Shown: positions 1 to 12,190, numbered from the whole stretch's first letter. The stretch: 62,903 bases of DNA, filler included, from Sphacelaria rigidula (GCA_964200075.2; 5 parts of 5 records of this genome joined end to end with filler, not necessarily neighbours in it), one strand, 5' to 3'. Notes: generated by a model not told the origin, from the letters alone. Made by a program: numbers and translations.

Positions 1-106
1 TTTCGGGCGGGTCCTCTTTCCTGAAAACAGCTCAAGTATGTCCCCCCCCCGCCCTGGGGTTTGGTCCCCCTGGCCCCCCCCCCCCCCCCCCCCCCCCCCC
101 GCTTTC

Positions 107-183
107 GTGCTCCGTCAAGAAAGGGATGCGTGGTCAATGGTCAGACGACTAAGGCAAGCAACACATGAGAACGCCCCCCCCCG
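107..183 (+). mobile_element. 3' terminal fragment of a LINE-like element with C-rich tail
   Basis: gtgctccgtc..aaagggatgcgtggtcaatggtc..actaaggcaagcaac..atgag..cgccccccc; the same end recurs at about 15960-16060, 24120-24195, 25050-25105(-), 55680-55785 and 62818-62897(-). Confidence 0.7.
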
Positions 184-2857
184 CTTTCGTACGCCCCGCT
201 TCCGTTTTCAAAACCTGCCCCTGCACAATGCCTGTAAAAAACAGCGTTTTCGCTGCTGGTACATCGATCGTGTTCGTCATCGCTGCGGAGCTGCACAAAG
301 TAGGTCACCGCAGCCTTTTGGATGACGGCATGCACGTATGCTACTACGCGGCCTTCTTCCCCTTCGCCGTATGCGGCGTCGTATTGAGCGCCGAACTATG
401 GATCGATTCTTTGCCACCGCAGGTGAGAGTAACTTACATGAATCCGAGAGGAGTGTATTGTGGTTGGAGTGCAGGTGAACTCGATTGTGCACTTTGAGTT
501 TGGGCCGTGCTGTAGTCGGGGACGGCTTCGTCGGCGCTGCCGACATTTGACTTATCCGGGAAAATCCTGGATCGCGCCGATCCACCGTTGAACACCGAAC
601 AGGTCCACGTATTTTCGGTTAAGCCGCTCTTTGTGAGTACTGCTTTTGAATATTTTCGCGCCCCGTCCAAGGGTCTGTCAAAAACATATTTCTCGACGCG
701 TACGCCCCAAGATCCCAAATTCGAGTTCTTCGGGACCGGGGGGGGGGGAGCACCCACTCTTCTGTCTCCTAGTATATTGCCGAGGCGTTGGCGGATGCGG
801 TCAGCTGCCGTGTACAGAGATCCTTGGCATGAAGACCGTTGAGATGGCGAACATGCCGCCCCCTCAAGCTCATCACTTGATGACGTTTATGAGATCAAGT
901 TCCGTGTCGCGGGCCTCGAGTACCTACCAGTAGTCTGGGAAAGTTTGGCGAGGCGTGAGATAAAGTTGCCACGTTGGCTGCAGGCTGTCGCTACCGTGCG
1001 CTCGGGTGCATAGATCTGTGTGAGTGTGTCCGGCGTCCGAGGTCATCGGGACAAAGCGTGCAAGGAGCAGAAGCAAATATACGAACCTCGCAGAGCCCGC
1101 CAGACTCTCGGTTTTTGTCAGTGTCTTTTGATCAGTTTCTTCAATACTGACAAAAAAAATTTGAGAAAATCGCTACAATTTTCGAAAAATTGCCCTTCGG
1201 GAGAGGAAGGGGGCTACGTGTCCGGGAAGTTTCTCCCGACAGATCCTTGCCGTATCCTCTTTTTTCGTCTACTCTACTTCGTTTTTGTCATGTGCCATTC
1301 TTGTTTTGCACGGTTTTCTCACCGGAAGCCCAGGCAGCAGGAGCCTGTAAGGATCTTCTCTATGCATCGGTGGTGTATATATTAGTATTTTCTCTTCGTT
1401 TTCGTTCTTCTCCGCTTAAGTGTTCTCTCTATGCGTTCCTTCGTTCTTCATCACCCCCCTCCCCCACCGATCAAGTCTCCTTTAGCGAGTGTGTACTAAG
1501 CTTGGGGAACGCCGGTGCTGTCGCCACAGTTGGAGTCGAAGCAGATGAGCGAACACTTGCGCAACCAATGCGTACAAAAGCGTATTGTATATTAAGGTAC
1601 GACGACACGGCATTTTATTCGTAGCTCTCCCGGAGGTTGGACAAAAGGCATGGGCAGGTAATAAACTCTGGCTGTAGCGAACAATGACAACCAAGCGCCA
1701 ATGGATGAAAAAGAGGTGTACCGGAAGAAAAATGATGCAACTGTATGTCGCCGGACAGTAATGTACGGCCTATTGATAGACCGCATTGATCTCGCCTGTG
1801 CTGTGCGCATCGGGGTGAACCATTTTGTTTTATTACAGAGCTGAGCCGCCGAATCACCAGCCTTAACTCACGCCCTAGAGAAGGCACTTCAGTCCCCAGA
1901 CAAACCCACAGCGCAAAAGCACAATGCAACATTAGTAACAGACTAGGAGACATGTCACCCTTTGAGGTAGGGTTCGATTTTCATTTATCGCTGCGCGTTG
2001 TTCTATCAATAGTGTGTTTTTCGTCTCACCACGACGACATTATGATGGTCACGTAGTCATGTGACATGAAACTATCCCGGCCCCCCTCATCCCTCGCGCG
2101 TATGTCAACACGCTTGCGCACCAACTAGATTGTGAGAGCAAGCGGTCGGGCGCAGAAACTGAAAACCCTTGCGAGAGAAAAACACTGCTTCGTGTGGACG
2201 GCCGCTATTTCCACGATAACAGCTGTATGTCTCGGTGCATCGTACATGAGGAGCCCTTACTGGACTATTTTATTAGTGGACATGATATCAGGGGCGGCAG
2301 CGTTGTTCATGGTGAGCTCAGGGTACCAATAAAATACTCGTAGCATCAGGCAGCTTGATTTTGGACGTAAAAATGGTTCAGGTGCAGCTCGACTATTTTC
2401 CTCATGATGAACGAAGATATTGTCAATCAAGACCTCGCGCCGATATCGCATCGTATACGTTTCAGGTATGACATGAACGAAGTACATCGAATCAATGGTT
2501 GTTACGAGTCACACGGGCTTTAACCGCAGTACCCCTTGCGTTGGCACCCGCGCTTAACGCGCACCGCCTCGCTGGGTCCGAACATCAGGGCGACCTGTGC
2601 GGCCGTGATGGAACGTTTGCCGTATCTCCATGGTACAGGGTAGACGTTGTGAAAACTGCCGTATGCGTTTTCACATGTCGCATGAACAACGGTCCCGGTG
2701 GAATCGTCCAAAGGGTAGTTCCTGCGCCCAAGTATGCCACACGTTGGACAATAGATTACATTTTCAGTAGAGCTGAGGATTTGTACGAAAACAATGGTTG
2801 GTACTCGATTTTGCTCGATTTTAGACTGAACAAAGTTCTGAGAAAATTCATGGTCTG

Positions 2858-3037
2858 GGGCAGGTGAGCAGTGGACCCAGCTCGTCCAGGACGTGTTTTG
2901 GTCCAAAATCGGCTCAAAGGCGTCGATTTGAGCTCTGGCAACGCACCCTATGCCTAGGGAACACTCTGCACCCCCTTGCCCGAGGGTTCTCGGTATGCCT
3001 TGGTCGGGGTTAGGGTTAGGATTAGAGTTAGGGTTGG
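2858..3037 (+). repeat. Interspersed ~180-bp repeat with a degenerate (TTAGGG)n tract
   Basis: Shared core (gacccagctcgtc...gatttgagNtct...cttgcccgagggttctcg...) followed by gggttagggttaggattagagttagggtt; other copies at about 3575-3723, 12731-12905 and 36558-36724(-). Confidence 0.75.
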
Positions 3038-3574
3038 CGGCATCTCCATAGTACCAACCATTGTTCACGTACAAATCCTCAGGTCGCCTCTACATTTGCA
3101 CACAGTATCGATTGCTGTGTCTATTCCAATAGGCGCAATAGTCGATACCGTACGCAGCACACTCTGTGACAACGTCATTTCTTGGCTAAGGTATAACGTA
3201 CGCACAGTTAGTCGTGTACGATCATCGTTGATGTTTATACCATTGGCCAGTCACTGTTTCCGTACGAGCGTGTCGTAGAGGCGGTTGGAAGTCGAGCAAC
3301 GCAGTCAACCTGCGGTTGGCTGAGGTCGCGCGTGTTCATTGCGTTCGCGTTCGTATCGGTTTTGCAGGTCGTCTGCGCGCTTGTGGTGGCTGTGGAGGTG
3401 TCGGGGGCTATCAACAGCGTATCAAGCCAGGTGCATGCGTACTCACGTTTTGTCACGCCGTGAGAACGCTCGTGTGATCTGTAGAGCTCACCGCTTGGTG
3501 GGTATAAAACACTTCGACTTGGTGTTAGTGTGGACCTTGGAAGCCGCATCTTTAATGAGGACCGTGCTTCCAGC

Positions 3575-3723
3575 GTGCGCAGAACGCGTATTCGTCTAAA
3601 TCGGTGCCTGCGGCGCGGGTTTGAGGTCTCGCAACGCGCACTTTGCCTGGGGGATACTCTGTACCCCTCTTACTCGAGGGTTCTCGGCATGCCTTCGTTG
3701 GGATGAGGGTTAGGGTGAGGGTT
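3575..3723 (+). repeat. Second copy of the TTAGGG-tract interspersed repeat
   Basis: cctgcggcgcgggtttgaggtctcgcaacg...ctcgagggttctcggcatgcctt...gatgagggttagggtgagggtt aligns to 2858-3037. Confidence 0.7.
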
Positions 3724-5942
3724 GTTAAGGATATAGTTATTCGAAATACTATCCTTTCGAGAATTTTTCATACCTACCAAGTAGGCAAGCTAACCTCCGT
3801 GTGATGACAGGAATGACCATCTGGTAAGACTCGATTGGAACACCCGCACTATCCAGAAGATTGCTTGCAGGAGTGCAGCTGATATTTTGCAACGATCACC
3901 ACATCCCGCACGTAGTGTATGCATGCAGCACAAGTTCACAACCGTACAGTGCAGCCGTTGTACATTTGCGAAAGGCGGGTTCCCGATTCGTTTCGTGCGA
4001 GGGATTGCCTAGGGAAGCAGCACGTGTTGCTTGTGGCACCGCGGCAAAATAATCGTTCACCACACAAGTCGACGTTCACCAGTAACGATGCCTTCGCACT
4101 CCATGTTCCAGGCAACTGGTACTGTAAAATATTGGTCACACACATGCGATATATTGCATTAATATTATTGTCGGTGTTCAGCTCTGCATCGGCTTCTTGT
4201 ACTAGGTATTTTCATCACTGCACGAGGTCCTCATGTACGTGCTCACAAGCCCCACCCCCTTCCCTAGCGAGACTGCCAGCGAGACTGTTTTCCTAGCAGG
4301 AGCCCTGGCAGTCGCAGGGGTAAGATCTGACGAACGTCGGGCGTGCCAGACAACGTACCTTTTTTCTGTCACTATCCGGTGCCTGAGGTTTCATTTCATT
4401 CATCGTTCCGATTGTGCATGTGTGTGTGTGCATTTTTTCCCATCAGGCGCCGGCTATAAGCCGTGAATTCTACAAAAAGGCGAAGCAGAGGCTGTGGAAA
4501 CAGGTGGCATTGCTGACGACGGTAGGAATAGCGAATGCCCTGTCAAGTTGGTTGGTCCACATGACCACAGCGGGACACGACACGCCTATCTTCCCCGTCA
4601 TGGTCATCGTGAGTTGAACTTGTCGTGCTTGCGGTACCAGCTAATGGCGTGTAATATCGCCTGCGTGAGCTCAAACGTCTTTTTCGACGACTCATGAATC
4701 ATGATGTTGACGTTTCATGTGAGCCCGCGTCTTGCATCTTGCGGTACATCTGGCGTGATGTTGGTGGCTCATGTACCGCCACACAGTTCTCATCACAATA
4801 GTGACTGGTACACACGGTGCGATGCTGACAGCTCGTGAGAGCTAATGCACGCAGTCCGGCGAGCGAAATTCGTGCGCCACCCTGTGCTAGGGTGATGGTA
4901 TATACATTCCTAGGGGGTGGTGACCGGCTTGATACCATCACATGTGTTCCGTTTTACAGCTCGCACACCCCCTTTGAAGCCCGTGCGTGAGGCACGAATC
5001 CCGTGCTTCCCTCCAGTGTGGTGTTGGGAACATCCGCGAACACCACGATACACTGAACGACTGGTTTGCCGTATCCCAAAATAACAAAATACCACCAATA
5101 TCGAGTGTGAAAATGCAGCAATGCTCCCGCCCCTGCCTCCTGTTTGTATGGCGCCTGGAAACATCCCGCATACACAATACGTACTGATCGGAAATTGAAC
5201 GCCAGCTCACACAACCAAAAAACGATATCACAGGTGCTGTCTGCGGTGGTGGGTCTCACTTCAGTGGTACATTTCAGTCGACCAGCATCTGCACCGGGAT
5301 CGAAGGGTGGCGGCCAAAAGTCCCACAAACTTTTCGTCTCCCCGATGTCGCCTCGCACTAGCGATACAACAAATACCACCATGAGGTGAGTCGCTGTTGC
5401 GTTGACAGAGGGCACAAAAGGAAGCACGTGCCCATTGCCAGACATCTGCGGGAAATGTACCGGGAGGAGGACCAGCTGTAAGTGGGATTTGCGTGATAAC
5501 CGCGATGCTAACTGACGGTGAGACGCTGTGCCGAAATGACAGCTGTCCGCACGGCCTGTTCAATGACGCCTTCATCGTCAGGAGCTACATAGATGTCAAG
5601 GTTGTCGCGATTGGAACACATTCGTACGCACTGGTGCGTTTTCAGTCCGTTGTTAGTTCATGGAATGTGTACAACGCATGTAGATACTTCACCTTTGGCA
5701 ATTTTCGGCATGATGAACGACACAGCAGGTCGTAAATCACATGCTCCATGGGACGAAAAGAGAACACATGATGTATGTGGAACACTGACCACACGTGTAC
5801 TCCGGGTTCTTTTCGCAAATCTGCCATGATACACCACGCCATTCTTCAAAGTTGGAGTAATTCCAGCTATTCATGTCTTTCCTAGATCCTGCTCGCCAGA
5901 GCTGAATAAACACCGTCCCTGGCTCTCCTAAACAGGAGAACC

Positions 5943-6199
5943 TGTAGCCTCTGCCAGACGATCTGGACAGGAGGATTTTCATCGAGAAACTCCTCCAGTA
6001 TCACTGGCCTCGTGCTCGACAAGTTCTTTCTCCTCACTCGTTATTATCACGGCGTGGTCCTCAGTAGACCACATCAAGAGTCAGACAGCAAGGGGCCACA
6101 CAGGGAGGGTCATCAATCCAGGATCCCTTATCCCCTGCCACTGCTCCAATCATGCATGCGATCATACTGAAATCTACGGCTTGGTATCATTTGGCTACA
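5943..6199 (-). repeat. 3' LTR (alignable core)
   Basis: TGTAGCC...GGCTACA terminal inverted ends; aligns end to end with 10448-10702 (about 80-85% identity by hand count). Confidence 0.85.
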
Positions 6200-6297
6200 G
6201 CACCTCCAAGCGAATTCAAGACAAACGAACGAGCTTGACAACCAGCAAAAAACCAAGGCGAAATCGTATGCGCTAATTTACTGGTCAGCGCCCGACT

Positions 6298-6939
6298 CTA
6301 CCGCATTTTATGCAGTTCCTCCGAAACAAATTTAGGCGCAGAAGAGCGAATTTTGCGAAGAGACTCCCACGTACGTTCTTCAGCACCGAACCCTTCCCAA
6401 TCGACCAAAACAATGACATCACTATTGTCATCCTCAGCGACGTGCACCAAAGCATTAATCCGACATTCACCTTGAGCATACGAATGCTGAAATACATCTC
6501 TTAGTTCCGCAGTGATGTGCAACTGCGAGTCAGCATAGAAAAATAAACGAGCAACATGGGCCGAGTGCACGGCGCCAGAAACAATGTTCTGCACCGAGTA
6601 CACGTGAGCGTGATCGACTCCGACCACTCGCCACGGACCTGTCCACGTGGATATCAACTTTGGCGTCACACGTTGCCTACACACACAGGCATACAATACG
6701 AAATCGCCAACTGCAAACTTGGGCAACACAGCCTGGCCTTGAGCAAGCTTGCGTTTGGTTTCGCGAGACATCGCGACAGCAGCTTGCACTTCGTTACAAA
6801 ACCGCACTTTCTCGTCAACCACGCCTCGAACCTTGTCACGCGACGAATCAGCACCCATGACATCGACGTTCCACTCGCCGCCAGTGACAGGAGCCAGCGC
6901 GATAATGCTGTACGCGGCGCACGGCCAAACATCACACAA
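6298..6939 (-). pseudogene. Integrase C-terminus: GPF/Y module and chromodomain
   Basis: FAVGDFVL...PKLISTWTGPWRVV...AHVARL (GPY/F module); VIVLVDWEGFGAEERTWESLRKI (chromo). Confidence 0.88.
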
Positions 6940-7071
6940 TACAGAGTGTTACGGTAGCGTTAACGAAAAACAGTATTCAACACCCACTGAGCGGCTGGCA
7001 AAACATAAACCCATTCAAACACCGGCCGTCGCTGTTCGGACAATATAGACCGCAACGCACGAATGACCTAC

Positions 7072-8022
7072 TTCACCATGCGTTCACGAGCATCGTTCGA
7101 TTAAGGGGTATACGTAACAGCAAATTGGTGTTGCACCTTGAGCGCATCGCTCAGCTGCACGATCGCTCGATTCTTGAAGTGCGTGGCGGTATCACTAACC
7201 CAAACACGCGGCACCCTCAAAGTCTTGCACAATTGGAGCAAATGCTAGCCGTAACCTCGGCGGTGCAAGCCTCGGTCGGCTCCGAGCAAACGGCATTGGA
7301 CAAGTCATTAATGAAAACCAAGATGTACCGAAAACCTCCTCCTCAGGCAAACCATTAGCACCTTCGGGTCCGCTACTTCCGACGTATAGAAAATCAAAGT
7401 GAACGACTTCACCTGGCGCAGTACCATGCACAGTATCGCCATACGGACGAGGTACAATCTCACCAGCACGAGCGTCTACGCAATGCAAACACGGCCGAAC
7501 GAACTCGCGAACGTGGGAATCCATGTGAGGCCACACACAGTATTCTTTCGAACGAAACAGAGTCGGCGCCACACCACGGTGACCAGCCGACCGAATGTGA
7601 GCGCACACCCTCAAGCGAGTTTGTAGAGCCTTACCACCCCACGGCATCCACAAAACATCACTATTGCCCACACGCACGCGAAACAAGCCATCGTCAGCCA
7701 AAACAGCTTGGCCGAAAGTCGTAGGAAAAGAATGAACACCGTCGCCGACTGTTTTGCGCTGCGCGGTACTAATGACATCTAACGAGGGCAGCGAATCATC
7801 GGCATCACACGGGCTGTACACGGCAATAGACCCAACAGGCACGGTAGGAACCTTCACCAAGCGAGCTTCACCTGGCGTAAACAAACCGTCAGGCGTGACG
7901 ATCGTGAGGATCTCCTGAGCCTCCGGCGCCAGAGGCATCTGCCAATACCCCTGTAACAGGTCCAACTTGCCGAAGCATTGTGCTCCCAGCAACTCCCCCA
8001 TGTCTTCTTGGCTTGGCATCAC
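7072..8022 (-). pseudogene. pol fragment: truncated RT fused to integrase zinc finger and core
   Basis: FGKLDLLQGYWQMPL...TPDGLFTP (RT motif), then H-x5-H...WPHM...CLHC and VHFDFLY; after a frameshift WVSDTATHFKN and TP*SNDARERMVK give the second D and the E of DDE. Confidence 0.88.
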
Positions 8023-8034
8023 CCCCGGAGACTG

Positions 8035-8325
8035 TTACACTTGCGCGTTCACCGCCTGAGAGTCGCTGACCAAACGGAATGTATCCCTCTTCTGCACCGC
8101 CATCGCCTGACTCGCCCACACAGCCTGCATGTTCCTAACCACTAAACCAATCGCCACCAAAGCTGCGATGCATGAGGCAAGCCACCCGGTCTTCACCGGA
8201 TCGTAACGTCTGGGCTTGGCCTTCACCGCCTTTGCCTGTGGCTTAAGCGGCACCCTCATGGGCTCTACGCGCGCTGGCGGATCACCACGCAGGGCACAAC
8301 GAAATGTATCCACGCGACGAGCCAA
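8035..8325 (-). pseudogene. pol fragment: RT N-terminus
   Basis: DPPARVEPMRVPLKP...AKPRRY...WASQAMAVQK..FRLVSDSQAVN (Gypsy RT WASP/RLxxDYRxVN-like motifs). Confidence 0.85.
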
Positions 8326-8357
8326 AGTATCACGCAGACGATATGCGCCATCGGTGC

Positions 8358-9023
8358 TCAGGCCCTTCTGCTCGGCTGCACGCTATCCTCAAGCGCACGT
8401 TCTCTTGCACCTTTGCGGCCCATAAACATGTCGGGCTCCCGATCGACCAAGCGCTCCACCGCTTCATCCGCAGGAGCCTCCTCCTTATTGGCGTTCTGGA
8501 ATGACCGTATGGATACGGTCACACGCCTTGCAGGAAGATAGCTTGGATTTTCCACGCCGGCTTGCACCGGCACAGCATGCGGGCGTAACTTATCCAACGC
8601 CAGCGGGTACAAATCAATCCCGAGCTCCTTCATCGTCGCCATCCCAAATAGAACCACGTTGTCCCTACTGGGCATGACAGCGAAAGTGATATGCTACAAC
8701 TCCACAGCCCCCCACGGCGTACGCACGCTAACAGTAATCGGCACAGTTTTATGTGTGACCGTCACGGGAGCATCCGTGGCGGTCTGTGCCGTTTGCGGTC
8801 CGTTTTCAAACGGAATCTGCAGCTGAGCGCCGCCAAACTGCGAAGACATTTGTTCTAGCAACCCCACACAGATCGACGTGAGCGCGAACCCAGAGTCCAG
8901 AATAACGCGGGCCATGAACGAACCTATGGAACCAGGTAAGGGAAGATATGCACGTAAATATTCAGCGTCTCGATCGACAGGTACCACGCCTGCCAAAGAA
9001 ACCTCGTTGATACCAAGATTCAT
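8358..9023 (-). pseudogene. Aspartic protease and linker, interrupted by a stop
   Basis: RVILDSGFALTSI catalytic motif; downstream NVVLFGMATMKELGI corresponds to the ILG motif. Confidence 0.8.
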
Positions 9024-9029
9024 CTGATG

Positions 9030-10247
9030 CTACGGCTGCGCTCCAGCACTTGACATCGAAAACTGAGAATGGTCGGTCCAACCAGACCAAGTCGCCGAAT
9101 ATGCAGACGGCGCTGTTACAGCCGTCGCAGCTGTAGGAGATGCGGCAGACACGGATCCTGCCTGGCCGAGGGGTTGCGAACTATTTGCTCCAGCACTCCC
9201 CACCGAAGTATTTGCATTTCTCACGTACACTGTCCGCCCCGACACGGACGAACCATAAGATCCAGAGTCACCACCTGATGACGTAGTGGAAGAAACAGCA
9301 GCGGAGGAACCACCATCCGTCGCCGATTGCTTGATACCGCGGCCGCCGCGCCCGCGTCCCTGGTTGGCACGGCTCGGTCCACCGTGACGACCGCCTCGAG
9401 ATCCTGATGAATCTCGCGCATTTCCTTGAGCAGCGCCTTGAGCGCGAGGCTTGGGGCAGTCCTTGATCAGATGTCCGGTATCGCCGCAGTTGTAACACGC
9501 GCGAGTGGACAACGCTCGCGAAGACAGCTGCTGTTTCTGTTTATGTTGCTGTTTGCGGCACGCACTACCTGCACTTGCCGCAGAATTGCGCCGGCCATGT
9601 GTCTCAATGAACTTTCACTGGTCGGCGGCATCAAATATTTTGTCGAACACCACCGTCGGGTTCTTTTCTCAGTCGTCAGCATACGTTAGTACACTTCTAA
9701 CATACGCCTTGAATGCTGGAGGCGAAATCCCGTCTACCAAAGCTGTGGAAACCGACTCGGCCGGGCCTGGCAACCAGCTCCTGCCCTCCGCACGGTGCAT
9801 GGCTTGCATCGTGAGGTTTTCTGCGAAAAACGTTTCCATCGATGAATTGATCATCATCACATGATCCTTCACGGATATTACCCCGCTTTGTGGCATAGTA
9901 AGAACTCTACGTAGGTCTGCTGCAGCCCGTGCAGTGTCATGCTTGACGCCGGTTGTGGTCTACCCGGCATGCTGTTTCACAGCATCCAGCAGTTCGTCGG
10001 GGGTCATAGCCCGACGGTCCTTGTAAATGCATTCAAAGCACCGGTGAATATATGTGGGAATAAGTTGTCCGATGCTCACCCTGGAATGCCTTATGACTCC
10101 TGATGCATTGGCGAAATGCAACCTATCAAATTGGTCAAGATATTTGGCCCCAAACGTTTTCGAGGCTTCCTTTGTCCACACTTTGCCATACTTTGGCGGT
10201 TCTAGAGGCTCATCTAACACCAGCGGAGCTGCCGCCGCTTCAGCCAT
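9030..10247 (-). pseudogene. gag (frameshifted) with CCHC zinc knuckle
   Basis: ATG at 10247 (MAEAAAAPLVLDEPLEPPKYGKVW); CYNCGDTGHLIKDC knuckle near 9460-9500. Confidence 0.8.
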
Positions 10248-10447
10248 GTCGAGGATTCACCACTTCACGAAGAGACTCTTGCCTGACTTGCGGGTCCTCC
10301 AGTCCACATAGCGCCCTCCACTGCTGTGTGCTTCAAGTTAGCTACAAGTTGGTCTCCCCGACTGCAAGCCAAACTGGCTTCCAGCTACGGCCCCTCTCCC
10401 CAGTCAAACTCCTCCAGCAGAGTGCCGAAAAGAAAATATCTAGATAT

Positions 10448-10702
10448 TATAGCCTCAGCCAGACGATCTGGACAAGAGGGCCATCAACAAGGGACTCCTC
10501 CAGTAGCACTGGCCTCGTGCTCGACAAGCCCTTTCTTCTAACTTATTATCACAGAGTGATCCCCAACAGACCGCATCACAAGCCAGACAGCAAGGGGCCA
10601 CACAGATAAGGGTCATCAATCCAGGATGCCCCGTCCCCTGCCACTGCTCTAATCATGCATGTGGTTATACTGAAACCTACGGCTTGGTGTCATTCGCCTA
10701 CA
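10448..10702 (-). repeat. 5' LTR (alignable core; may extend to about 10322)
   Basis: tatagcctcagccagacgatctggaca...cattcgcctaca matches 5943-6199. Confidence 0.85.
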
Positions 10703-10922
10703 GGGGTTACAGAACCTATCGGGTAGGTGTAGGAGGCTTACAGAGAATCCAAAACTTGTCGGGTGAGGAATAAAGATTGCATAGAAAATCGAACCCGCAC
10801 CCGGATATTTTTACAAGGGTATGCCCTAACCCGGGTAGGGGTAAATCTTGTGTGCAGATAATGCAAACTTGTCGGGTAAGGGTAAAGGGGGGATACAACA
10901 GTCACGGAACTATCGTGGGCCG

Positions 10923-11127
10923 GTATGAAAGTGTTACAGAAGTCACAGAACGATCGAGTAGGAGTATGAAAGTGTTACTGAAGTCGCAGACCTATCTGGT
11001 AGAGGGATGAAAGTATTACAGAATTTACAGAAATATTGGGTTGGGCAATGAAAGTTTTACAGAAGCTACAGAAATGTCGGGTACCGGTATGAAAGTCTTA
11101 CAGAAGTCACAGAACTGTCTGGTAGGA
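10923..11127 (+). repeat. 41-bp tandem satellite, 5 diverged units (degenerate units extend left to about 10703)
   Basis: Units start at 10923, 10964, 11005, 11046 and 11087; consensus gtatgaaagtNttacagaagtcacagaactgtcgggtagNN. Confidence 0.88.
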
Positions 11128-12104
11128 ATCATACTTGGAAAGATACGCCGGGTAAACAACAAACAACAGCGGATCCTAAAAAATGGGGTCCATATAAAAA
11201 ATGAGGTTGAAGTGGCATTCCTTTTTTGCAGGGATCACGCGAAACACTTACGACCACGCCATCTTCCCCCCCCGAATGTCTGCAGTAGATAAGCAGCTGT
11301 GGCCAGGTGCACCTAACGAATGCGGTGTACACGCGTGTCGACGACGACATCACCAGAGAGAGAAGCAACGACAGAGACGAAGCTCCTCGCCCGTGTCCTT
11401 TGTGTGTCCTCGCTCGGCGATGACCAATCGCTCGAGAAACTGGCATCATCGATATTACCAGCATATGTGCCCAATTTTCCATGTGCCGAAACATCGAGCT
11501 GCTGAGAGATTTTCTCTCGTCTCTCAATTGCCTGTCGAGCTCACGAATGCGAAGATCGATTTCTCTCTGCCTCTCCTTTTGGACAGGACGCGCCTCTGTG
11601 CGCTGAAAAACATGTCGTTGAAAGATAGGGCAATGCTCCCGTCACCGCTACTACTGTTCTCTGTCATACACATGCCAGCAAGGGCGGTGGTGCGGCGAAA
11701 ACAACAGGTATATCCTATTTGAACTTGGGGGGGGGGTGTTACTCATCGTTGATTCTACCTGAGATGTACGTGAGAGACCCTCTGGGTGCCCAACGACAAC
11801 AGCGTGCGAGACGCCAGTTGGGGGGGAGGGTGTATGAGACATCAAACACTTGTGGAGGCCTTCTTGACATGCGGGGTGAAACAAGATACCTATGGTAATG
11901 ATCTAACCGTTGCGAGCGTGGTGCACAGGGGTGCGTCCATGCTGCGATCTGGAGCACGCGCTGGCTGCTTGAGCACCTCCGTACAGAAGCTTTCAAGAAT
12001 GAATTCCGATGTGACGAGGTCACGCGTTACCACCTGGGGCGACATATGAACCCACCAAGAACAAGGATGCTCTATGATCAACCACTTCTTGTGAAAATGA
12101 AATA

Positions 12105-12190
12105 CTTGTAGTTCTCGAAGTATGAATTTCATCCCGGTACTCGTCAGTTCTGTAAGATTTGTGAAGACTCTCATACCCTACCGAACACAC
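12105..12190 (-). repeat. Two units of the same 41-bp satellite in inverted orientation
   Basis: Reverse complement reads ggtagggtatgagagtcttcacaaatcttacagaactgacgagtaccgggatgaaa. Confidence 0.72.

Larger units (their letters stand above)
5943..10702 (-). mobile_element. Ty3/Gypsy LTR retrotransposon with chromodomain integrase; decayed and internally deleted
   Basis: Direct LTRs at 5943-6199 and 10448-10702; minus-strand order is gag (CCHC knuckle), protease (DSG), RT N-terminal part, integrase (H2C2, DDE), GPW, chromodomain; multiple stops and frameshifts. Confidence 0.93.

Noticed and set aside
3007..3037. True telomere
   Set aside because: Only about 5 degenerate units, internal to the contig and part of a dispersed repeat
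10923..11127. CRISPR-like periodic repeat
   Set aside because: The whole 41-bp unit is homologous between copies with no unique spacers; no cas genes; eukaryotic context
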